Assembly: GCA_907165135.1 (NCBI GenBank)
Contig: OU015568.1
Coordinates: 2,852,001-2,916,000, forward strand
Direction: 5' to 3'
DNA from: Oikopleura dioica
Lineage: Eukaryota > Animalia > Chordata
DNA length: 64,000 bases
The notes under the pieces were generated by a model. That model saw only the letters and a list, made by a program, of their open reading frames with translations, was not told the origin of the DNA and made no database searches. The position numbers and the translations under genes were made by a program. Below, piece by piece: positions 46,562 to 59,460 of this stretch (position 1 is the stretch's first letter; each line of letters opens with the position of its first letter).

Positions 46562-48503
46562 TTATTGTGACACAACTCTTGTACTTTTTCGGGCGATTGA
46601 TGCTCTGACATGCGTTTGGCGACCAAAGTTGGAATAATTCTTCGCAACTGAAGTCTTTCTCTTTTGCATCATGCTTGGTGGGAGATGTTTGTTCAACTCG
46701 TGTCGTTTGTGGAAGATTTTAATGCAAGCCTGTTCAAGGGAAATCAATTTAAGGGAGAGGATCGAAAGCCTCAGATTTTGATCCCAGAAAAAAATGATTC
46801 CCCTTCCTCTCGATTTCGATATCTCTCACCAATGACAGGAATCTTCTTGAAAACCCAAATTTTAGTGACGCAAAAAGTAGCAAGAAGCACATGAATAACA
46901 GCAATACCAAGTTGAAATCCCCATGCGACGACTATCAAGCTCTCCGGGCTTCGTTCAAGAGAGCTAGAATAGAATAAGTACTGTAAAAATTCATGAATTT
47001 TCTATTTTACCCAAGACCTTGAGGTGGAGGATCTGTTCTTTGAATCAAAATTTGCACCGTTCCCCAAGCTCCGGCGATCAAGGGATGAAAGATACCATGA
47101 ATCGGGACTGAATTGGCAAAGTTTAGTATCCACTTGAGCTTAACTATTGAAAATACCTTTAGTGTCGAACCAAAGCAACTCAACAAGCATGAAAACTGTC
47201 GGAGAATATTCTTTGCTGGTGAGCCAGAACGCAGAAATGTGAAGAGGTCTGGTCATATCTCGATATCGGCAAATGCCGAGCCACTGAGTCCACCAAGAAA
47301 TGGAAACGACCAGACGTAAGGCTCCCTGGCAGTTGAAAAGGAATGACAGGACTTTGTTCAAAAAGTGGGTGAACTTGCCGAAGCCTTCGACGATTCTTGC
47401 TCTTTGGAAATTTATGTACAGGGTCAAACAGGCGGCTGAAGCAAGAAATAGCATGAGGAAGAGAAAAAGAGCTTACCCATGGGGAAATACGATCCAAAGT
47501 ACAGGGATCGCTGTCCCTCCCAACCGTTCAAAGTCAGAGTGAGTGACCAGATGGCGATAACCACTCGGATAAGAACGAAGGCCCGGTCGTTGTTGATCAA
47601 GGTCGATGAGATGAAATTCATTGAGGGTTCTTGTCCAAGCTTGCAGTCCTGACAAGGCTTGAGTGAGAGTGGTCGCGCATAAATGAATGTTTGAAACAAA
47701 GTTCGAAATTTGCTGGCAGTACTGCCACGACTGCCACTGGCAGCTGCCAATTTTGGCAGTCACTTGGCAGTGGCAGTTACACTTTTCAAGGACTGGCAGT
47801 TACTGGCAGCTGCCAACCGACTGCCACTTCGAAAGATATTGATTTTTCTTTCTAGAATGACAAAGAAAAATAACGTTAATGATGAAATTTTGCTCCCGAG
47901 ACCTATTTTATTCCATTTTTCTTATCAAAAGAGACATTTCAATTTTGGATAATGTTTCTTTTATATCGCCAACTTGTCAAAAACGCTGTTTTGAACTTAG
48001 TTTGACTTTAAAAAAATTTACAAATAGTATCAAAATCGGCAGTTTTTGGCAGTCAACTGGCAGCTGCCAGTGGCAGCTGCCGATTTTGGCAGTCACTTGG
48101 CAGTGGCAGTTGCAATTTAAAAAAGCTGGCAGTCGCTTGGCAGTGGCAGTCGCCATTTCATTTCGAACTCTGGTTTGAAAAATAAAAAAAAATCGAGCCT
48201 TTCCTGAGAAAATTTTTCCCAGCAATTCATGGGTTCGTCGCCAAGACGCTTCAGCAAGCTCATTCTTCGCCGAGTCCACCATGTCAAAATGTACAGGAGA
48301 ATAACCCCAATCATTGTTAGAAAGCAAACTAAAGGGAATTTTGCACTTTTCAAACCAAGCTTGATAAACTTACAATTAGTCGTTGCTGCATAGATCGGCG
48401 CTAAATTTTCGTAGGTAAATCCTCTGTCGAGCCAATAATCTTCGATCGTGTGATTTTCCAGAAACGGGTACTTGTCAATGTCTGCTTGGGAAAAGTTTCC
48501 CAT
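46562..48503 (-). CDS. Rolling-stone/FAR-17a-AIG1-like multi-pass membrane protein, copy 1
   Basis: Spliced ..NFISSTL..FVLIRVVIAIWSL..FLFNCQGALRLVVSISWW..FMLVELLWFDTKVPIHGIFHPLIAG..VIHVLL resembles the rolling-stone pattern; frame supported by synonymous differences from copy 2. Confidence 0.55.
47697..48172. mobile_element. Intronic hAT-type MITE with (GGCAGT)n subterminal repeats
   Basis: TIR CA(A/G)AGTTCGAAAT; perfect 8-bp TSD GTTTGAAA (47689-47696, 48173-48180); absent from the equivalent intron of copy 2. Confidence 0.9.
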
Positions 48504-48622
48504 CTTGGCTCTTCAGTTGAGCTAAAATTTAAAAAATCTGATGCTGAACGGATTTGTCAATACCTAAGTTACATCAGTTCTAGAGATACAGTACAGAAAT
48601 GATTCGACTACTTGTGAACAAT

Positions 48623-48709
48623 ACCTGAGTCAGAGTACCGAATTCAAAAAATTTCATATTAGTCTTGTTTTAAATCCTTTCCTAGCCTTTTCAGAACCCT
48701 GACTCAGGT
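48623..48709. repeat. CCTGAGTCAG inverted-repeat element upstream of rolling-stone copy 1
   Basis: acctgagtcag..ctgactcaggt. Confidence 0.7.
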
Positions 48710-49530
48710 TTCAATCACAAGTTGCCGGGGACATTTTTACACCAAGTCTTAATCTTACAGTCTAAGTCATATTTATTCCAGGATTCTTTCCTGTTACCTT
48801 GTTTTACCTGTAAAAGCGGAAAAGTACAAATGAAACAAAAATACTTGGTAATTGAAATAAACTCGCCTTATTCTAGAGAATCATCCTTATCGATGGTCCA
48901 GATTCAATGTTGAGGATATTCAAATGAAGCATTTGCGATTTTGAAGATATATTGTTTATTTGAATAAATACTGTATAAAATAAATAAGAAGATAAGTTAT
49001 TCACTTGTTTTCAGTGTACTTCTTCTTGCGATGGATGCTCTGACATGCGTTTGGCGACCAAAGTTGGAATAATTCTTCGCAACTGAAGTCTTTCTCTTCT
49101 GCAGCATGCTTGGTGGAAGATGTTTGTTCACCTCGTGTCGTTTTTGAAAGATTTTAATGCAGGCCTGTTCAAGGGGAATCACTTTGAGCTTAGTAGAAAT
49201 ATCATTGAAAAATTGATTCCCCTTCCTCGCGATTTTTTAATCTTTGGCCAATGACGGGAACCTTCTTGAAAATCAAATTTTTAGCAAGCAAAAGGTAGCA
49301 AGAAGCACATGAATAACAGCAATGCCAAGTTGAAATCCCCACGCGACGACAATCAAGCTCTCCGGGCTTCGTTCAAGAGAGCTAGAATAGAATAAGTTCT
49401 GTATGAGTAAATGCGATTTCGATTTTACCCAAGACCTTGTGGTGGAGGATGTGTTCTTTGAATCAAAATTTGAATTGTGCCCACAGCTCCGCCAATCAAT
49501 GGATGAAAGATGCCGTGGATCGGTACTGAA

Positions 49531-49920
49531 TAGAGTTGCTTATTTTTGAAAATTTTTTCTGAGCTGAGCAAACTGAGCTGAGGTTGAAATTCTGCTGATC
49601 TCAAGCTGAGCTGGCCTCTTTTAAAAACAATTGAGCTGAGTTAAGCTGTTTTTTTTCAAAGAAAATGAGCTGAGCTGAGTTGACGACTTCTAAAACTGAG
49701 CTTGCTGAGCTGAGCTGGCCATTTTTGAGGTTGAGCGAGTTGAGCTGAGCTGATAGCAGTGCTTGAAAAACCCGCCCGCGGCCCCCGTACCCGCCACAAA
49801 TCTCGGATTTGGCCCCCGCGCCCGCCCGCACTTAGCTGAGCCGACCCTCAACTCAAAATTGCGAGCTGAGCTGTATAGTCTATACAGTCTATCTATACAG
49901 TATAGATAGCTGAGCTCAAT
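49531..49920. mobile_element. Truncated (GCTGA)n hAT-like MITE in intron
   Basis: Starts TAGAGTTGC like the 14960 TIR; many gagctgagc motifs; GC-rich ccccgc core; right end not found. Confidence 0.6.
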
Positions 49921-49941
49921 ATTATTTTCGAGGCAAAACAA

Positions 49942-50541
49942 AGACGAATTTCAATAAGGATTTCTGAGTGAAATCCCCCTTATTTATTGGCTCATCTGAA
50001 AGAGCGTAAAAAATTACTCTAGTTGAGTCGGAAAGATTGGCGAATTTTCGAACTTATGACGTCATAGCACGTGACGGAAGTTACGAAAGTACCAAACTTT
50101 GGACGCTTACCATTTTCATGTCGCTTGAGCTATCATGACATGCAATACATGAAAATGATCGTCTGATCGAGATCTTGGTGTGAATTGAGGTTTCATCCCT
50201 CGAAAAATATCTCATCCCTTTAATGAAAATCAGGCACTAGTGATAAAGGGTTGAAAGAAATTTTTGAAGGGATGAGACCTAGATGCACGCATAGCTCTTG
50301 TCGCGACGATTATTTTCCACTATCACACGCCATGATAGCTAGAGTGGATCGAAAATGCGGAGCGTCCAAAGTTTTGGTACTTTTGGAACTTTGGTCACGT
50401 GCCATGACGTCATTTCGAGGGAAATTTCATCCCTTTTTGGGCGAATCTAGGATAACTTTTTACGCTCTTTCCAATGAGCCAATAAAAAAAAAGGGGGGGG
50501 GGGTAAGGATTTCACTCAGAAATTCTTATTGAAATTCGTCT
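49942..50541. mobile_element. Degenerate fully palindromic MITE (~600 bp)
   Basis: agacgaatttcaataaggatttctgagtgaaatcc mirrors ggatttcactcagaaattcttattgaaattcgtct; mirror symmetry continues inward through the TGACGTCA/CACGTG blocks. Confidence 0.8.
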
Positions 50542-51523
50542 AAAGTCGTTATCCTATCATTCTTGCTTATGAAAAATATTTAAAATACCTTTAGTGTCGA
50601 ACCAAAGCAACTCAACAAGCATGAAGAGTGTCGGAGAATATTCTTTGCTAGTAATCCAGAAGCCAGAAATGCCAAGAGGCCGGGTCATATCTCGATATCG
50701 ACAAACGCCGAGCCACTGAGTCCACCAAGAAATGGAAACGACCAAACGTAGGGCTCCCTGGCAGTTGAAGAGGAATGACAGGACTTTGTTCAAAGTGTGG
50801 GTGACTTTGCCAAAGCCTTCGACGATCCTTGTTCTTTGGAAATTGACGTACAGGGTCAAACAGGCGGCTGAAGCAAAAAGTAGCTCATGGAAGAAGTAAA
50901 AAGCATACCCATGGGGAAGTAGCCTCCAAAGTAAAGAGATCGCTGTCCCTCCCAACCGTTCAAAGTCAAAGTGAGTGACCAAAGAGCGATAACTACTCGG
51001 ATAAGAACGAAGACGCGGTCGTTGTTGATCAAGGTCGATGAGATGAAATTCATTGACGGTTCTTGTCCAAGCTTGCAGTCCTGACGAGGCTCTAGTTAGA
51101 GTCATCCCGGATTAAATATGATTTTTTCGTAAGAAATTAAAAAAATATCGAGCCTTCCCTGACAAAATTTTTCCCAGCAATTCATCGGTTCCTCGCCAAG
51201 GCGCTTTAGCAAGCTCATTCTTTTCCGAGTCCACCATGTCAAAATGTAGAAGATTATGACCGTAATGATTGTTAGGAAGAAAACTAAAATCCATCATGCT
51301 TTCTGTTTTTATTATTTAGCTGGATAAACTTACAATTGACCGTTACTGTGTAGATTGGCGCAAGATTTTCGTAGGTAAATCCTTTGTCGAGCCAATATTC
51401 ATCTATCGTGTGATTTTCCAGAAACGGGTACTTGTCAATGTCTGCTTGGGAAAAGTTTCCCATCGTGACTTTTGCTAAGAAGAATTCATGAATTTCAAAT
51501 TCTTTGATATTTTATTATTTTAA

Positions 51524-52170
51524 GGACCCCCCCATCAAGAATCGTGAAAATGAGGCTCTTTAGTGAACGTTTTTCTCAAAAACTACCTTAGGTAGACCCT
51601 TAATTTTAATTGCAAGCTTTTGTTCGAACCCTCGCCTGCAACCGTTCCCCTTAAGATGATCTTACGATCAACAACTTAAGGTTATACGGGCCGTTAAAGG
51701 TAAGGTTGTTAAGTGCAGGTTTTTTTCGGGTTTTAAAGTGGGGTATACCCTTAATTTTTTTTCAGGATAAAGATAAGGCCCTAAGCTACGACCGTTTGCT
51801 TTTTGAAAGTTTTTGGTCTACGAACTTAAGGAGGACAGCCCCTTTAAAATTTTTAAAGTCGAATCTAAGTCGAATTTTCAGATTTATATTTTCACTAAAT
51901 ATTGCCTAAATTGCCCTAATTTACGTTTTTATCCTCGTGTTTATGATAGAAATAGTTTTAATGGTTGGTATACCGTATAAAAATAGCGAACTGAAGATTT
52001 TTATGAAATTTAGAATGTGAATTTTCAATTTTCGAAGCCAATTTCTGTCAAAATTTTCTATAGGAGCAAAAAAATTTTCTAAATAAAAGTTCTTACCCAT
52101 GGTCTAAACTACCCAAAAAAGCAAAAAAAAATTGGAAATTTCGACATTTTTCATCTTGATGGGGGGGTCC
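51524..52170. mobile_element. TTAA-flanked non-autonomous DNA transposon (Kolobok/piggyBac-type target)
   Basis: Perfect 17-bp TIR GGACCCCCCCATCAAGA; TTAA on both sides (51520-51523, 52171-52174). Confidence 0.85.
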
Positions 52171-52750
52171 TTAAAGGTTTTTATGCCTTATTTGCGGACG
52201 AATCTTGTACCTCGACTTCCAAGAAAAAATTCGAAAATTTGGCCCCCTTGAAAAAATATTGTCCTACCAAGCATCCCTTAAAATTTTATGAGACGATCAG
52301 TGTTAGTCTATCACTTTGAAATTAAAAAATGAACTGACGAATATTCGGTTACTTATCTGCGAAGTCTGAGTCTAAAAGTTCTTTATTTGATGTTACCTGG
52401 AAAAGCGGGAAATCGCGAGTGCGACAAAATTTCCTGGAAACAGAAATAAACTTTGCTGATTCTAGAGAATTATCAATATATTTCTTATATTTAACAAAAA
52501 TGCTAATAATGAAAATTTCAGCTACTTTTTTGCCTCTTATCGTTCGCGAACTTCAAGAAATCACTCAACTGAGTTTAAAAAATATTTTGTACTTGCAGCT
52601 TCCGGCGCGTCAAAAACCGTCCATCAAATCTTTATCATCTTTGAACTCATTATTTACAAGAAAAAAGTGCGCGTGGAAAGATGAACTGTTTAGTCCTGTC
52701 AGACTGCTCTTATAAATGCGACTCCCGGGTGCTTTATCTACGACAAGATC

Positions 52751-53914
52751 ATGTCCAGAGCATTTTCGAAACTTTTATTCTATTTCGGAATTTTTCTGAG
52801 TTTTGGGATCATTTCCACGATTCTGAGTGTTCCAAAATTCCTCAAAAAAACAAGCCTTCAATATAAAACGACCAAAGATGAAACGACAACAACAACGATT
52901 TCGACACCAACAACAGGTTTTCTATTTCAAAATCTCCGAGGATTTTCAATTATTTTAGAGCCACCAACATCAGAAACCACGCTAGAGTTCTTCACTTCAT
53001 CATCCCCTTTTTCGACATCACAAAAGGCAAAAGAGACAAGCTCTACTTCCAAAACACTAGATTTGACTGAAACAACAACTCCAGCTTCAAACACCATAAT
53101 TTTGACAGCGACAACACCAACAACAACGGAGACAACAACAGAGATAGGAACAACGACGCTTACCGAACCAATAACAACACCATCATTTGAAATCACGACA
53201 GAATCTCGATGTGCCAGCTTCGATTGCCTAAATGGAGGAGTATGTGTTCTTGAGTACGGATATCCAAAGTGCGAATGTAAGGAGCCCTATTTCGCAAATC
53301 ACTGCGAGCGGCACCCATGTGACTTTCACGATTGTAACAATGGCATCTGCATATACGACGATAAAAATAAAATTCCAAGATGCGTCTGCGAGCCGAATTA
53401 CGCTGGTGAGTTCTGCGAACAAACTCTGTGCGAGATTCAAGGATGCGAAAACGGAAGCACTTGTTTAATTGAAAACGGAGTTGCTAGATGTAAATGCCTT
53501 GTCTCGTATTCAGGCGAAAAATGTCAGTGCCCTCCGATCTTTGAAAAGCAGCGAGAGCATGGAAGCTTTGTTTATAGACAGTGGCACGGGGCAAAAGCTC
53601 ATTGCGAAAATAAAGGAGGTTACCTTTCATTTTTTCTCAACCACAAAGAATTTGCCGATTATATTCTCAAATATCGAGGGCAGAAACATGATGAATGGAT
53701 TGGATACGAGCAAAAGTATCCAAACAACAAATACTTGTACAAAACCGTTGATGGAAATGATGCGGAATACTACAATTGGGCGGAAGGCGAACCGAGTGAG
53801 GATTGGGAGTACTGCGTTCAACTTTTTGACAACCGAGATACGATGAATGACAAAGAATGTAGTGCAGAGTGGTGGGCTTTTTCCTGTCGCTTTTCTCAAA
53901 ACTGCGTGAAATAA
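52751..53914 (+). CDS. Type II anchor, Thr-rich stalk, 3xEGF, C-type lectin protein; copy 1
   Basis: N-terminal hydrophobic anchor; Thr-rich stalk; three EGF Cys patterns; CTLD W..A..HC..KGG.L, WIG, WAEGEPS..CV..MNDKEC..FSC; probable 42-nt in-frame intron in stalk. Confidence 0.9.
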   Translation: MSRAFSKLLFYFGIFLSFGIISTILSVPKFLKKTSLQYKTTKDETTTTTISTPTTGFLFQNLRGFSIILEPPTSETTLEFFTSSSPFSTSQKAKETSSTSKTLDLTETTTPASNTIILTATTPTTTETTTEIGTTTLTEPITTPSFEITTESRCASFDCLNGGVCVLEYGYPKCECKEPYFANHCERHPCDFHDCNNGICIYDDKNKIPRCVCEPNYAGEFCEQTLCEIQGCENGSTCLIENGVARCKCLVSYSGEKCQCPPIFEKQREHGSFVYRQWHGAKAHCENKGGYLSFFLNHKEFADYILKYRGQKHDEWIGYEQKYPNNKYLYKTVDGNDAEYYNWAEGEPSEDWEYCVQLFDNRDTMNDKECSAEWWAFSCRFSQNCVK

Positions 53915-54382
53915 CTCTCCTCTATTTCAATAAAAATTCCCGCTCAAACTGATTGCTTTGATTTTTGTCCGAGAACGAAATTTCCTTGAAATAGAGATGA
54001 ACTTTATTGATTCTAGACGCTAGAATCTAGACTCTAGATTCTAGAGAATAACCAATAAGTATAGCAAGTATTTGAAAAAGTCTTCATTATTTCTTGTTGT
54101 TTCCTTATCGCCTTATTTTTAAGCTCGGGAATCCTAATAACGAACATTTCAGCTATTTTTTGCTTCTTATCGCTCCTGAACTTCAAGAAATCATTCAACT
54201 GAGTTTAAATAATATTTTGTACTTGCAGCTTCCGGCGTGTCGAAAACCGTCCATCAAATCTTTATCATATTTGAACTCTTTATTTACAAGAATAAATTGC
54301 GCGTGGAAAGATGAGCTGTTTAGCCCTGTCAGACGGCTCTTATAAATGCGACTTCCGGGTATTTTTTATCTACGACAAGATC

Positions 54383-55367
54383 ATGTCCAGAGCATTTTCG
54401 AAAATTTTATTTTATTTTGGAATTCTTCTGAGTTTTGGAATCATTTCCACAATTCTGAGTGTTCCAAAATTCCTAACTAGAACAAGCTTTGAGTACACAA
54501 CGATCAAACATGAAACAACAACTTCGACGCCAACAACAGGTTTTCTTTTAAAAATCTCCGAGTATTCTTATAATTTCCCCATCAACAGAGACAACAACAA
54601 CGACGCTTCCCGAACCAATAACAACACCAGCAGCAGAATTCGAAATCACGACAGAATCCCCATGTGCCAGCTTCGATTGTATGAATGAAGGGTCGTGCGT
54701 TCTTGATCACGGATATCCAAAGTGCGAATGTAAAGAGCCCTATTTTGCGAATCATTGCGAGCGACATCCATGTGACTTTCACCAATGCGTAATTGGAGTT
54801 TGCATCTACGACGAAGAAATTCAGAGTCCAAAGTGCGCATGTGATCCAAATTACGGAGGTGAATTCTGTGACCAAACTTTGTGCGAGATTCAAGGATGCG
54901 AAAATGGAAGCACCTGTTCGGTAGAAAACGGAGTTGCAAAATGTGAATGCCGCGTATCATACAGTGGAGAAAAATGCCAGTGCCCTCCGATCTTCGAAAA
55001 GCAGCGAGAGTATGGTAGCCTGGCTTACAGACAGTGGCATGGAGCAAAAGCTCATTGCGAAAAAAGAGGAGGTTACCTTTCATTTTTTCTCAACCACAAA
55101 GAGTTTACCGATTATATTCACAAATATCGAGGGCAGAAACATGATGAATGGATCGGATACGAGCAAAAGTATCCAAACAACAAATACTTGTACAAGACCG
55201 TTGATGGAAACGATGCGGAATACTTCAATTGGGCGGAAGGCGAACCGAGTGAGGATTGGGAACACTGCGTTCAACTTTTTGACAGCCGAGATACCATGAA
55301 TGACAAAGATTGTAATGCAGAGCGGTGGGCTTTTTCCTGTCGCTTTTCTCAAAACTGCGTGAAATAA
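54383..55367 (+). CDS. EGF3-C-type lectin protein, copy 2 (short stalk)
   Basis: Tandem duplicate; the intron starting gttttc near 54540 splices to ETTTTTLPEP in frame with ORF 54681. Confidence 0.85.
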
Positions 55368-55833
55368 CTCTCCTCTATTTCAATAAAAATTCCCGCTCAA
55401 ACTGATTGCTTTGATTTTTGTCCGAGAACGAAATTTCCTTGAAATAGAGATGAACTTTATTGATTCTAGACGCTAGAATCTAGACTCTAGAATCTAGAGA
55501 ATTATCAATAATTATAGCAAGTATTTGAAAAAGTCTTCATCATTTCTTGTTGTTTCCTTATCGCCTTATTCTTAAGCTCGGGAATCCTAATAACGAAAAC
55601 TTCAGCTATTTTTTGCTTCTTATCGCTCCCGAACTTCAAGAAATCATTCAACTGAGTTTAAATAATATTTTGTACTTGCAGCTTCCGCCGTGTCGAAAAC
55701 CGTCCATCAAATCTTTATCATATTTGAACTCTTTATTTACAAGAATAAATTGCGCGTAGAAAGATGAGCTGTTTAGCCCTGTCAGACTGCTTTTATAAAT
55801 GGGACTCCGGTGTTTTTTATCTACGACAAGATA

Positions 55834-56779
55834 ATGTCCAGAGCATTTTCGAAAATTTTATTTTATTTTGGAATTCTTCTGAGTTTTGGAATCATTTCCA
55901 CAATTCTGAGTGTTCCGAAATTCCTAACTAGAACAAGCTTTGAGTACACAACGATCAAACATGAAACAACAACTTCGACGCCAACAACAGGTTTTCTTTT
56001 AAAAATCTCCGAGTATTCTTATAATTTCCCCATCAACAGAGACAACAACAACGACGCTTCCCGAACCAATAACAACACCAGCAACAGAATTCGAAATCAC
56101 GACAGAATCCCCATGTGCCAGCTTCGATTGCATGAATGAAGGGTCGTGCGTTCTTGATCACGGATATCCAAAGTGCGAATGTAAAGAGCCCTATTTTGCG
56201 AATCATTGCGAGCGACATCCATGTGACTTTCACCAATGCGTAAATGGAGTTTGCATCTACGACAAAGAAATTCACAGTCCAAAGTGCGCATGTGATCCAA
56301 ATTACGGAGGTGAATTCTGTGACCAAACTTTGTGCGAGATTCAAGGATGCGAAAATGGAAGCACCTGTTCGGTAGAAAACGGAGTTGCAAAATGTGAATG
56401 CCGCGTATCATACAGTGGAGAAAAATGCCAGTGCCCTCCGATCTTCGAAAAGCAGCGAGAGTATGGTAGCCTGGCTTACAGACAGTGGCATGGAGCAAAA
56501 GCTCATTGCGAAAAAAGAGGAGGTTACCTTTCATTTTTTCTCAACCACAAAGAGTTTACCGATTATATTCACAAATATCGAGGGCAGAAACATGATGAAT
56601 GGATCGGATACGAGCAAAAGTATCCAAACAACAAATACTTGTACAAGACCGTTGATGGAAACGATGCGGAATACTTCAATTGGGCGGAAGGCGAACCGAG
56701 TGAGGATTGGGAACACTGCGTTCAACTTTTTGACAGCCGAGATACCATGAATGACAAAGATTGTAATGCAGAGCGGTAG
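55834..56779 (+). pseudogene. EGF3-C-type lectin protein, copy 3, premature stop
   Basis: Near-identical to copy 2 (period ~1451 bp) but TGG>TAG at 56777-56779 removes WAFSC, including a conserved CTLD Cys. Confidence 0.75.
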
Positions 56780-56981
56780 GCTTTTTCCTGTCGCTTTTCT
56801 CAAAACTGCTAGAAATAACTTTCCTATATTTCAATAAAGATCCTCGCTCAAACCCATTGATCATCTTGCCCCGACATGTTCAGTCAGATTAAACACTTAT
56901 CCTATCAAAGTGTTTACACTTGCTCCTCACGGTCATTCTGAGTTTTCAACTCACAGTGTCTTCTTGATTTAACATAATGAG

Positions 56982-57967
56982 ATGAAAGTTCTATATTTTA
57001 TCTTATCATTTTCTTTTGGCTTCTTGGGTTGCTACGATTTTTGTCCGAGAACGATAAGAGATGTACGAGAAATCGGAGAAGGCTGCCCTTGTCTTTGAAA
57101 TTGGTTGACTTTCATGTTTTTGTGAGATTTGTTATTTCTTGAAAACCAACCATAAGTGACGCCGACCGAAATGTCCGCTGTAACCAAGTCGGCCTCCAAT
57201 CAATCCCCGCTTTCAATAACCGAACAGAATTCGCAGCCCGAATCGCCTTTTTCGCCGACAATGAAATCACAGAGCTCCAAGAAGGTGGCTTTTCTTATGG
57301 ATACTCAACGCTCGAAACGCTTCACTTGCACAACAACAATCTGACGAAGATTCTTCCAGGAACATTTTTGCCTCTTCTAGAGCTAGAAAAATTATTTCTT
57401 CAAAACAACTTCATCGAAAAAATCGAGGATTTCTATTTCAGCGACCTGGCGCAATTGAAGTTTTTGTTCCTGGAGAATAATCGGATTCAAACTGTCAGCA
57501 AAAACGCATTCTTGAACCAGCGGAATCTCGAAGTTCTTGATCTTTCTCGCAACTCAATTCTTCATCTTCATGGGTTGGACATGAGCGGCTTCGTCTCGCT
57601 GCGATTTCTGAATCTAAGAAGCAATAATCTCTCATCTATCGGGATTCAAAGGCTTCCAGAATCGATCAGTCTTGAATTGATTTCTTTGGATGACAATGAC
57701 TGGTCATGTGATGAACGAACAAGCTGTTTCACGAGAGAACCTCTTTTAGAAATCATCCGAAATTCTAGTGCGCTTTTGACGGCGCCTCTGATCTGCGAAG
57801 AGCCCCAAAAATATCAGGGAAGAAATTTATTCCAAGTTCTGAACGATGTTGATTGCTCAAAAGTCGAGTTGTTTCCAACATTTTCATCCGCGAAATCAAA
57901 GTTCGACCATCATAATATTGCTCTGTTGACATTTCTTTTCGTCCTGCTGGTGGGAGCTCAAGAATAA
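56982..57967 (+). CDS. Extracellular LRR protein (LRRNT, LRRs, LRRCT, hydrophobic C-terminus, possibly GPI-anchored)
   Basis: Signal MKVLYFILSFSFG; repeated LxxLxLxxNxI motifs; LRRCT NDWSCD..LICEEPQKYQG..VDC; C-terminal ALLTFLFVLLVG. Confidence 0.88.
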
Positions 57968-58040
57968 TAATCATTCTGCAAATAAAGAAATAAATAAACA
58001 AGAATGACAAACTTTTGCTTCCTCAGATGTTGTCAAAAAT

Positions 58041-58877
<837 letters not shown>

Positions 58878-59309
58878 TGATGACAAAAAGAAATCTGTGC
58901 CACTGATTCTTTCTTGTTTTGTGACTCTCATCATCTTCAATAAAAACTTATCGAAAATTGATTCGAGAATATCTTCAGTCAAAAAAAGACCTTTTTCTTT
59001 GGATGGATGCGTTATTGTTAAACAAGTGATTGCGATATAAATAATTATTGAGCGCGACACTTAGCAGGCCCTTTTCTCTTAGTACTGGCGATTTGAATAT
59101 TTTATCCGGGCCGCTAAAGTTTTTTTACCGATCTTTTTCTGCAGGTTGCGAAAAAAACGGGAGAGCTTTGTTTTCTTTTCAAAGAGATTTGAACCTTTGA
59201 AAGTTATTCAGAAAGGAAAGGCCAGATGAATATGAATATTGCAGACCACAGATTTCGAGTACAAAATATGAAAATTGCGTCATTCTCTCTAGGCGTAGTA
59301 ACTTTCTAT

Positions 59310-59460
59310 TCGCAATCGCATTTGCGGTCGGAAAAAAATTGCGAATTTCGCAAATTTTTTTTTCTCGCACTTTTCTATAAATAAAAGAAATCAGCATAAA
59401 AATCACAAATTGCGAAAAAATCAGATTGCGATTTTTTTTGCGAAAATTTTTTCGCATTCG
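59310..59460. repeat. TGCGA/TCGCA motif cluster, probable MITE remnant
   Basis: Many tgcga/tcgca motifs separated by A/T runs. Confidence 0.55.

Larger units (their letters stand above)
48997..51463 (-). pseudogene. Rolling-stone-like copy 2 with 1-nt deletion and premature TGA after the last TM segment (truncated gene or pseudogene)
   Basis: Copy 1 AAA ATT TGG GTT TTC versus copy 2 AAA ATT TGA TTT TC (stop at 49275-49273); other exons intact and similar. Confidence 0.6.

Noticed and set aside
47140-51105. ORF-track frames reading AWTRTLNEFHLIDLDQQRP
   Set aside because: Differences between the two copies are synonymous in the other frame (MNFISSTLINNDR), so the listed frame is wrong for that exon
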